Both the position numbers and the translations under genes were made by a program. The notes beneath the pieces were generated by a model. The model saw nothing but the letters and a program-made list of their open reading frames with translations. It had not been told where the DNA came from and ran no database searches. Positions 16,395-23,059 of a stretch of 32,000 nucleotides of DNA are shown here, piece by piece (position 1 is the stretch's first letter; the number at the start of each line of letters is the position of its first letter). The DNA is from Gemmata obscuriglobus. GTDB taxonomy: Bacteria > Planctomycetota > Planctomycetia > Gemmatales > Gemmataceae. Where the stretch lies: the NCBI RefSeq assembly GCF_008065095.1, contig NZ_CP042911.1:5010001-5042000 (forward strand), given 5' to 3'.

Positions 16395-16517
16395 GGCCGC
16401 AAAAAAGCACAAAGCGAGCAAAAAAATCAGAATACGAACACAGAAAAGCAGCTTAAAATCACTTCTTCTGCGTTCGTATTCTGCTTACTTTTGTGCGCTG
16501 TGTGCTTTTTTGTGGCC
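16395..16517. repeat. 123-bp AT-rich imperfect palindrome (arms ~55 nt) in a 600-nt intergenic region
   Basis: The left arm is ggccgcaaaaaagcacaaagcgagcaaaaaaatcagaatacgaacacagaaaag. The reverse complement of the right arm is ggccacaaaaaagcacacagcgcacaaaagtaagcagaatacgaacgcagaagaag. The arms differ by a handful of mismatches and one indel. The central loop is around 16449-16461. Confidence 0.85.
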
Positions 16518-16654
16518 AATACTCTTTGTTGATTATTTGCGGCAATTCCACATCGCGCTGAACGGGAATAAACCCTTTCGGGTCGGGATCACATCTAACG
16601 ACAGCACACGTCGGCCGAACGAAATCCGAACAGCACTCAACCAATGAGGCACCC

Positions 16655-17092
16655 ATGTGGTACGGCGTCGCCGCCGATGTCGTCGTCGGCATTCACGTCG
16701 CGTATGTCGCGTACGTCGTCTTGGGGCAGCTCGCGATCGTCGTCGCGGCGCCGTTGAAGTGGCAGTGGGCGCGGAACCCCTGGTTCCGGTTCTCGCACCT
16801 CACCGCCATTGCGATCGTGGCCTACGAAGAGTTCCGGGGAATCCGCTGCCCGCTCACCGTGTGGGAGGAGCAGTTCCGGGCGCTCGCTGGCCAAGGGTTC
16901 AACGACAGCCAGACGTTTATGGGCCGGCTCATGCACGACCTGCTTTTCTACGACCTGCCGGCGATCTTCTTCACGACCGTCCACGTCGCGGCGTTCGTGC
17001 TGATCGTCCAGGCGCTCGTCATGTACCCGCCGCGGTGGTTCCGGTTCCGGCCGGCAACCGCGCCGGTTTCGGTTGTCCCGGCTTCGGCTTGA
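16655..17092 (+). CDS. DUF2784 family membrane protein
   Basis: MWYGVAADVVVGIHVAYVAYVVLGQL...WFRFSHLTAIAIVAYEEFRGIRCPLTVWEEQFRALAG matches the remembered DUF2784 pattern (H.af..fv..G......w.hl......a..e..g..CPLT.le..lr). It has three or four TM helices. Confidence 0.7.
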   Translation: MWYGVAADVVVGIHVAYVAYVVLGQLAIVVAAPLKWQWARNPWFRFSHLTAIAIVAYEEFRGIRCPLTVWEEQFRALAGQGFNDSQTFMGRLMHDLLFYDLPAIFFTTVHVAAFVLIVQALVMYPPRWFRFRPATAPVSVVPASA

Positions 17093-17104
17093 TTTTTTAC
17101 CCGG

Positions 17105-17138
17105 CTCCCTTACCATCCTCCATCCGAAGGTAAGGGAG
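17105..17138 (+). promoter_or_regulatory. Perfect 10-bp hairpin that base-pairs the Shine-Dalgarno of the glycosyltransferase gene
   Basis: ctcccttacc (17105-17114), a 14-nt loop atcctccatccgaa, then ggtaagggag (17129-17138). The right arm contains the AAGGGAG located 8 nt upstream of the ATG at 17146. Confidence 0.5.
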
Positions 17139-17145
17139 TACCGCG

Positions 17146-18396
17146 ATGGCTGATGCGTCCACGCAACCCGCGCGCGCCGGTCTGCTGAAGGCGATTTACG
17201 GCAAGCTGCGGCTGCTGGCGTACACGCGGGACTTCCGCGGCGCGTTCGGTTCTCTGTTCCGAGCGGCGGGGATGCTCTCCACCGGCCAGTTCAGCCGGCT
17301 CGCGGCAAAAGCCCGCGGCCCGCGCCGCACCCAAAAGCCGGCCCCGGTGCGAACCGGCCCGCCACTGTTCCTCTCGGGCCACATCCACGGGCACGGCGGC
17401 TACGACCACGTCGTGCTGAAGGCGCTCGTCGGTCTTACCGCCAAGAACGTGAACGTGTTCCGCGACCCGCGGTCGTGGGTCGAAATGGACTGGGTGCCGG
17501 ACGAGGCGGTGCCGAACGAGCGGATGTACAACTTCGACACCCCGCGGCTCGCGGTCATCCCGCCGCACCTGCTGTACATGTTCCGCCCGACGGCACTTAC
17601 CGCCGCGTGGACGATGTGGGAAACGGACACAATCCCCGCGGGCTCCGCGAAGTACCTCAACAAGTGCGGGCTGGTTCTCATCCCGAGTCAGTGGGGCATC
17701 GACTGCTTCCGCGCGAGCGGGGTCACCGTGCCGACGGAGCTGGTGCCGCTCGGGTACGACCCGGACGTGTTTTCGCCCCGCCCCGCCAACAGCGGGCCGG
17801 CGGTGTGCACGTTTGGGACCGCCGGTGCGCTCACCGAGGGCGGGTTGCGAAAGAACGTGCAACGCGTGATCGACCTGTTCGTGAAGGCGTTTCCCGATCG
17901 AAAAGACGTGCGACTGAAGGTCAAGATCACCCCCCGGTCGCCGATGGTGAACACGCACAACGACCCGCGGATCGAGGTCATCAACACCGGGCTGAAGCCG
18001 AACGAACTCGCGGACTGGTACCGCTCGCTCACATGCTATGTCAACGCGTCTTACGGCGAAGGGTTCGGGCTGCACCTGCTCGAAGCGATGGGGTGCGGCG
18101 TGCCCCTGGTGAGCACCACGTTCAGCGCGGTCGGCGAGGTGTTCGATTCGGCCGTGGGGTACGAGGTGAACTACAAGCTCGTTGAGGCGAAGAACAAAGT
18201 GTACTCCGGCCGTTGGGCCGACCCCGATGACAACCACCTGATTGCGCGGCTGCGCGAGGTGTACGCGGACCGCGCCGCCGCCGATCGCTTCGGCTCGGTA
18301 GCCGCGCGGCGAGCGCCGGCATTCAGTTGGGCCGCGGCGATCGAGAAGCTCACCGCGGCACTAACAAAGCACGGGTTCTTGCCGGCATCCACGTAG
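17146..18396 (+). CDS. Glycosyltransferase, GT-B fold (GT1/GT4-like)
   Basis: C-terminal signature CYVNASYGEGFGLHLLEAMGCGVPLVST (the EX7E-type motif region). A strong SD, AAGGGAG, lies upstream. Confidence 0.85.
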   Translation: MADASTQPARAGLLKAIYGKLRLLAYTRDFRGAFGSLFRAAGMLSTGQFSRLAAKARGPRRTQKPAPVRTGPPLFLSGHIHGHGGYDHVVLKALVGLTAKNVNVFRDPRSWVEMDWVPDEAVPNERMYNFDTPRLAVIPPHLLYMFRPTALTAAWTMWETDTIPAGSAKYLNKCGLVLIPSQWGIDCFRASGVTVPTELVPLGYDPDVFSPRPANSGPAVCTFGTAGALTEGGLRKNVQRVIDLFVKAFPDRKDVRLKVKITPRSPMVNTHNDPRIEVINTGLKPNELADWYRSLTCYVNASYGEGFGLHLLEAMGCGVPLVSTTFSAVGEVFDSAVGYEVNYKLVEAKNKVYSGRWADPDDNHLIARLREVYADRAAADRFGSVAARRAPAFSWAAAIEKLTAALTKHGFLPAST

Positions 18397-18463
18397 CTGA
18401 CGGGCGGTCCACGGGTCGCGGCGTAAGCCCCGCCGCTGGTGCTCCGCTGAGCCGTGCGGCCGA

Positions 18464-18763
18464 TCAACACCCTCGCGCCATGATGAGCGCTGCGAAGAGC
18501 GCGAGCAGCAGCATTGCCATCACGAACCGCGACTTTTGATCGGGCGGTGCGTCCTCGGCAGAGAGAAACATCCCGCACCTCGGGCACTGCTCCGATTCTT
18601 CGTCGATCTCGGCGCGGCAGTGCGGGCACGGGATCTGTGCCCGCTCGTCGTCAACGTACACTCCCTGCGGGTACGTTTCGGGATCGTCGGGGTCGTAGTC
18701 GTGTTCGGCGTCGTACTCGTCGCCGTCATCATCGTCGGGGTCGTCGAGACGAGTACGCGCCAC
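18464..18763 (-). CDS. Small acidic zinc-ribbon protein with C-terminal TM anchor
   Basis: Acidic N-terminus DDPDDDDGDEYDAEHDYDPDDPE, then CPHC-x12-CPRC, then the TM helix FVMAMLLLALFAALIMA. The GTG start at 18763 lies 4 nt after the DUF1015 stop, suggesting coupling. No family was recognised. Confidence 0.55.
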   Translation of the reverse strand: MARTRLDDPDDDDGDEYDAEHDYDPDDPETYPQGVYVDDERAQIPCPHCRAEIDEESEQCPRCGMFLSAEDAPPDQKSRFVMAMLLLALFAALIMARGC

Positions 18764-18767
18764 GGCC

Positions 18768-20075
18768 TCAATCCTTTTTGAGCGAGTTGTACACCAGCCC
18801 CGTTAGCAGCTTCGGGTAGAAGTACGTCGATTTCGGCGGCATCTTTTCACCGTTCCCGGCGATCCGCTCGACGTGTTCCATCGTCGCGGGCGGCACCAGG
18901 CACGCGAGTTGGCACTGTTTCTTCGCCGTGGCATCGGTCACTTCGCTCAGCAGGTGAACGTACTTGCAGATCGGCGTACCGCCCACCTTCTCGCGGACGA
19001 GGCGGTCCAGGACAACTTTGTGGAGAATGCTCACGCCCAGCCCGCGCCAGTCCTCACTCTGGTTGGGGGCCAGCGATGCCATCAGTTCCGGGGTGCGAAA
19101 CTTCGCCACGATCCACTGACCGTCTGCGACGGTCCCGAACGCGAGCGTGGCTTGTGCCCCGTCCATCTGCACGTGTTCCCAGGCCGCTTGCTCGTTCGTC
19201 CCGGTGCGTTCGAGGATGTCGAAGTGTTCCTTCAGCACCTCTTCCAGTTGCGGGGCCGTGATGTTGGACGCCAGCCCGCTGACGAGGCGGTGCGTCGGGA
19301 GGATCAAAAGACCCGGATCGCTCATCCCGACCAGCATCATCAGACAGAAGTTCGGAGCGGCCTCATCGTCCGGAACGTCCCCCGCCTCGCGACGCTCTTC
19401 GAGGTACTTCACGCCGGTCTCGTACCGGTGGTGCCCGTCGGCAATGTAGACCGGCTTCGGCCCCATTAGCCCGATCACCTTGCTCACCGCCGCCGAATCG
19501 GTGACTACCCAGAGCCGGTTCGTGACGCCCAAGTGATCCTTTGCGACGAGCGGCGGCGCCGAGCGGATCAGCGGCTCGAGTGCCCGGAACACTTCGTCGT
19601 TGCCGTCCGGGTACAACCCGAACACCGGCGACAGGTTGAAGCCGGTGGCACGGTACAGTTTCAGCCGGTCCTCCTTCGGGCCGGACATGGTCTGTTCGTG
19701 CGGATAGATTTTGCCCTGCCCGAACGGCTCGAGCCGAACGCGGGCCAAGAACCCGCGCCGGGTGAACGTCTTCCCTTCGACCGTGTACTCCTGCTCGTAG
19801 ACGTAAAGCCCGCGTGCGGTGTCCTGGCGCACCACGTTCGCCAGAACCCATTCGCGGAGCGTATTGGCGGCACGCGTGTATTTGTTGTTGGTCTCGTCGT
19901 CGCCCGCTTCGTCGCGGGTCAGTTCGAGACGGATCGCGTTATACGGGCTGCTATCGTAAAGTTGTTTCTGGAGGGCCGCATCAACCACGTCGTACGGCGG
20001 CGCAACCACTTCCGAGAGGGAGCCCACCGAGCCGAGGTCGTACCTGAAGCCGCGAAACCCCCTAATGTCCGCCAT
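18768..20075 (-). CDS. DUF1015 family protein
   Basis: The N-terminus MADIRGFRGFRYD...LSEVVAPPYDVVD and the internal YIADGHHRYET block are characteristic of DUF1015. The ATG at 20075 is preferred over the ORF-track start at 20204, whose extra 43 aa are Arg/Cys-rich junk. Confidence 0.85.
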   Translation of the reverse strand: MADIRGFRGFRYDLGSVGSLSEVVAPPYDVVDAALQKQLYDSSPYNAIRLELTRDEAGDDETNNKYTRAANTLREWVLANVVRQDTARGLYVYEQEYTVEGKTFTRRGFLARVRLEPFGQGKIYPHEQTMSGPKEDRLKLYRATGFNLSPVFGLYPDGNDEVFRALEPLIRSAPPLVAKDHLGVTNRLWVVTDSAAVSKVIGLMGPKPVYIADGHHRYETGVKYLEERREAGDVPDDEAAPNFCLMMLVGMSDPGLLILPTHRLVSGLASNITAPQLEEVLKEHFDILERTGTNEQAAWEHVQMDGAQATLAFGTVADGQWIVAKFRTPELMASLAPNQSEDWRGLGVSILHKVVLDRLVREKVGGTPICKYVHLLSEVTDATAKKQCQLACLVPPATMEHVERIAGNGEKMPPKSTYFYPKLLTGLVYNSLKKD

Positions 20076-20151
20076 CGAACGACGCCTCCGCACAAAATAG
20101 GTGAGAACGATCACCGTTGTTGTACAGAAACAGAGTCGTGCAGACCTGCGT

Positions 20152-20571
20152 TCAGACCGCCGGGCGCGCCGCGAGTAATTCGCTCCACAAACCCGCTGAC
20201 ACATCGCACGGCCCGGAACGGGTCACAAGTTCCAGGCAGTCAACAGGTAAGCGATGGAACGCCAGCGAAAGCGCGACCGCTGAGACCGCCGGCGAGCGGC
20301 TCATTCCGGCACCGCAGAAGACGAGTGTTGGGATGTGGGCTCGAAGAAGTCCCGCAACGGTTTCGACCGCAGTGCGGAGCAGCCACGAAGGGTTGCCCGC
20401 GCCGTCAACGAGCGGGAACCGACAATAGACCAACTCACGAGTTGGTGCTGAGGGTGGTTCATTGAGCGCGAGATCGACCACCGCCTCAACACCTGCTGAA
20501 AGGACGGCACGAAGGTCTCGCCCGTCCGCAACGTTACCGACCCACAGCGAGAAGCCGGAAACCTGTCGCAT
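20152..20571 (-). CDS. Dual-specificity/Tyr protein phosphatase-like protein (CX5R P-loop)
   Basis: LWVGNVADGRDL...RFPLVDGAGNP (general-acid Asp region)...LVFCGAGMSRSPAV (CX5R(S) loop, with Phe where His is usual). The ATG at 20571 has a GAGG 5 nt upstream. The alternative GTG at 20577 overlaps the FHA stop. Confidence 0.75.
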   Translation of the reverse strand: MRQVSGFSLWVGNVADGRDLRAVLSAGVEAVVDLALNEPPSAPTRELVYCRFPLVDGAGNPSWLLRTAVETVAGLLRAHIPTLVFCGAGMSRSPAVSAVALSLAFHRLPVDCLELVTRSGPCDVSAGLWSELLAARPAV

Positions 20572-20573
20572 AC

Positions 20574-21080
20574 TCACCTCGCATCGCCAGCGACTTCCGT
20601 TATGTGAAAGGTGAGCCGCCGGTTGCAGAGCGTGATCTGGTCACCGGACTGAAGTTTGGTGGGTTGGGGGATACGTCGACCGTTCAGGATAGTGCCGTTC
20701 TTTGACGCGACATCGTGCAGTTCGCACCGCAAATCGGAATGAACCACGATCGCGCAATGGCGCCGCGACACGCACTCGTCGTTCACAACGACATCGTTGT
20801 CGGGGAGCCGGCCGATGCTGTTCATCCCCACGCGAAGTGTGTAAACGTTACTTCCATCTTTGAGGAAAAATGTGAACCGGCCGAGGACAAGCGGAGTTGG
20901 TGGAGTCCCGTCAAACGCGGCTGCTGACGAAGCAACCAAGCCCTTGTCCCCGGACGGCCGAACGTCCCCGGCCAGCGTGTGAGCGCCACACGCCGCTTGA
21001 AGGCGATCGCGAGCAGAACGGAACGTGTCCCGCCTGAGTTGCCCTTCGAGGTGCAAACTTTGAAGCCGGGGGTCGGACAT
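20574..21080 (-). CDS. FHA domain protein
   Basis: C-terminal FHA signature: YTLRVGMNSIGRLPDNDVVVNDECVSRRHCAIVV...LHDVASKNGTILNGRRI...LQSGDQITLCNRRLTF. Confidence 0.8.
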   Translation of the reverse strand: MSDPRLQSLHLEGQLRRDTFRSARDRLQAACGAHTLAGDVRPSGDKGLVASSAAAFDGTPPTPLVLGRFTFFLKDGSNVYTLRVGMNSIGRLPDNDVVVNDECVSRRHCAIVVHSDLRCELHDVASKNGTILNGRRIPQPTKLQSGDQITLCNRRLTFHITEVAGDAR

Positions 21081-21361
21081 GCCTGCGCTCGCTCACAGGG
21101 CTGACCCAGTCGAATCGGGAGCGGGATCGGAGCCGCTCACCACCATAGCATTCGCCGCCCTCGGCACCACGTCAACGGCGGCCGGTGGAAATGCGAAAAG
21201 AGTTTGTAGCCACAAGTATCGACGGCGCCTATCCATTTTTTGCCCGCCGAGCAAAAAACTCAATTCCGCCAATGAGCAACCGTCTCACAAATAGTTGCGG
21301 GACAAAACGAGCGCACGTTCTCAGCTTTCGGCCGACGTGACGCGTTACTTTTTCCTGCCCT

Positions 21362-21397
21362 CGGCGTGAGTGGGGCAACATTGCCCCACTCACGCCG
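21362..21397 (-). terminator. Perfect 17-bp hairpin ~85 nt downstream of greA (possible terminator; no clear U-tract)
   Basis: cggcgtgagtggggcaa (21362-21378), loop ca, then ttgccccactcacgccg (21381-21397). Confidence 0.3.
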
Positions 21398-21481
21398 GGT
21401 TCGTCTCACGACCTGACTACCAAAACGCTCGCGCGGTGAAAACGGCCGAGCGGCTCAAGGAAACAACTAACGCTCTTCACA

Positions 21482-21967
21482 TTAAATGTTCGCGGACGAG
21501 ATTTCCAAAATCTTGAACTTGATCGTACCGCTCGGCACTTGAATCTCAACGGTGTCGCCCTTCTTGCGGCCGATCAGCCCCTGCCCGATCGGGCTGCCGG
21601 TGAGAATGCGCCCTTTGTCCGGGTTCTCCTGGCCGGGGCTGACGAGTTCGAACGTCTCTTCTTCGTCGACATCCACGTCGAGCACGCGCACCTTGCTCCC
21701 GAACGCAACCGTATCTTTCGGAAGGTTGCTCGTGTCAACGATCACCGCGCGCGACAACCGGTCCGACAAGGCGTCAATGCGGGCTTGAAGTATCCCTTGG
21801 TCCTCGCGGGCCGCGTGGTACTCCGCGTTCTCGCTCAGGTCGCCCAGATCGCGCGCCGCGGCCACCCGCTTGGTGATCTCAATCATCTCCGCCCCGCGGA
21901 GCCGGTCCAGTTCGACCTTGAGTTTATCGTAGCCTTCCCGCGTCATGGGGATGCGGTCGTCGGTCAT
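21482..21967 (-). CDS. greA: Transcription elongation factor GreA
   Basis: MTREGYDKLKVELDRLRGAEMIEITKRVAAARDLGDLSENAEYHAAREDQGILQARI..., with a C-terminal FKBP-like domain (VAFGSKVRVLDVD...SPIGQGLIGRKKGDTVEIQVPSG). The ATG at 21967 gives a typical 161-aa length. Confidence 0.93.
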   Translation of the reverse strand: MTDDRIPMTREGYDKLKVELDRLRGAEMIEITKRVAAARDLGDLSENAEYHAAREDQGILQARIDALSDRLSRAVIVDTSNLPKDTVAFGSKVRVLDVDVDEEETFELVSPGQENPDKGRILTGSPIGQGLIGRKKGDTVEIQVPSGTIKFKILEISSANI

Positions 21968-22165
21968 GGCCGAGCGCTCCTGATCTGTCGGTCCGGCACA
22001 AGGTTCCGTGCGGACGGTAACTAAAGATATTCCCGCCCCGGCCGGCGGTTGTAAAGGGTCCAAATGTGAAGAGAAGCCCAAAGTGCGGGCTTCTGGGTCC
22101 AGAGCTATCACTAACTCCGGATAGAGAACCGGAAACTACTACCGGTTCGGTGCCGGAAACGGTCC

Positions 22166-22198
22166 GGCGGTCGCCAACCTTATGCGATGGCGACCGCC
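22166..22198 (-). terminator. Perfect 10-bp hairpin just downstream of the 22221-22943 gene
   Basis: ggcggtcgcc (22166-22175), a 13-nt loop, then ggcgaccgcc (22189-22198). There is no U-tract. Confidence 0.3.
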
Positions 22199-22220
22199 GT
22201 GTGAACTCAACGTGAACACA

Positions 22221-22943
22221 TTATACGTCGTCGGGCACGGCGCGCACAATAATCCGGCGAAAAGGGCGCCCCTCGACGAACCACCCCCAGGCCGTCCACT
22301 CCCCCACCCGCGCGCGGTGAGGGAGTTCGAGTTCCGTAACCCGTTCGACGCACTCGCGCTCGGCGTCGCTGAGCTGTCTTGCCACCTGCATCTGGTTCCC
22401 GCGCCGGGTCGCCACCACCCCGTCGTCCACGATGGCGATCACGCACGGGCTGTCGAGGTCGAGCAGCCGCAGCGCGACCATCTCCATACTCGCGGTACTG
22501 AACACGCGGTGGAGCGCGGGAACGTCGTACTTGCAATCGCGCAGGGCCGCGCGAAGCAGCCGCGTCGGGATGAGAACTCGCGGCACAACCAGCCCGCGAA
22601 CGTGAGTAATGAACGGCTTCCCTTCGGCACCGAGGGGTACACCGAGCTTGTGCATGATGTCGGGAATGAGCAGGTTCGCGATGCCGCCGGCCGCGCCGCG
22701 TTGCTGGGCCTCCTCGCTCATGTCGGTGGTCAGCGTGATCCCGTTGCCCGCCGGGCGGGACCGCGGACGCCGCCGGCCGGAGCCGTCGTCCTCCGCCGGT
22801 TCGACGAACTCAACGGGAATGCCGAGGTGGTACTCGGCAATGTGGAGCGCGTCGACCGGGCCGGTGGTAACGCCCGCGCGTTCGATCAGCCCGGCGACGA
22901 GCCGGTCAACGACCTCGACCAGTTCTTCGTGTGAAAAATCCAT
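22221..22943 (-). CDS. Hypothetical protein with ImmA/IrrE (peptidase M78)-like layout but no HExxH zinc motif
   Basis: ITLTTDMSEEAQQRGAAGGIANLLIPD lies where M78 proteins have ...FtlaHElgHll. VVPRVLIPTRLLRAALRDCKYDVPALHRVFSTASMEMVALRLLDL resembles the M78 C-terminal helices (FAaelLmP...l......la..f.vS...v..Rl). No SD was seen. Confidence 0.45.
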   Translation of the reverse strand: MDFSHEELVEVVDRLVAGLIERAGVTTGPVDALHIAEYHLGIPVEFVEPAEDDGSGRRRPRSRPAGNGITLTTDMSEEAQQRGAAGGIANLLIPDIMHKLGVPLGAEGKPFITHVRGLVVPRVLIPTRLLRAALRDCKYDVPALHRVFSTASMEMVALRLLDLDSPCVIAIVDDGVVATRRGNQMQVARQLSDAERECVERVTELELPHRARVGEWTAWGWFVEGRPFRRIIVRAVPDDV

Positions 22944-23025
22944 AGGGGAAATGTAAACGCAGCCGGCGCGGAACGGAAAGTCAGAATTACTGGAACGCGA
23001 GGCCCTTTAAGAGCCCTGTACTTCC

Positions 23026-23052
23026 CGCACGTTCTTGGGCCAAGAACGTGCG
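23026..23052 (+). other. Perfect 11-bp hairpin abutting the IS insertion site
   Basis: cgcacgttctt (23026-23036), loop gggcc, then aagaacgtgcg (23042-23052). With the IS removed, the downstream sequence would read ATTTTCCcgtgcTTTTTgc, a plus-strand terminator-like arrangement. Confidence 0.5.
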
Positions 23053-23059
23053 ATTTTCC
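23052..23059. repeat. Left copy of 8-bp target-site duplication GATTTTCC
   Basis: It is identical to 24553-24560 and directly abuts the left terminal inverted repeat. A ninth upstream base, c, also matches. Confidence 0.75.

Noticed and set aside
16457-16471. The exact 15-mer aatcacttcttctgc is shared between the palindrome loop region and the 3' end of the 28343 gene (28341-28355)
   Set aside because: A single exact 15-mer match between two places in 32 kb, counting both strands, is about what chance predicts. No similarity extends beyond it.
21079-21294. A 71-aa plus-strand ORF upstream of the FHA gene, plus the small ORFs at 16135-16374 (+) and 16459-16692 (-)
   Set aside because: They have no RBS, no motifs and atypical composition, and they lie in promoter or intergenic DNA. 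The 16459 ORF simply runs through the AT-rich palindrome.
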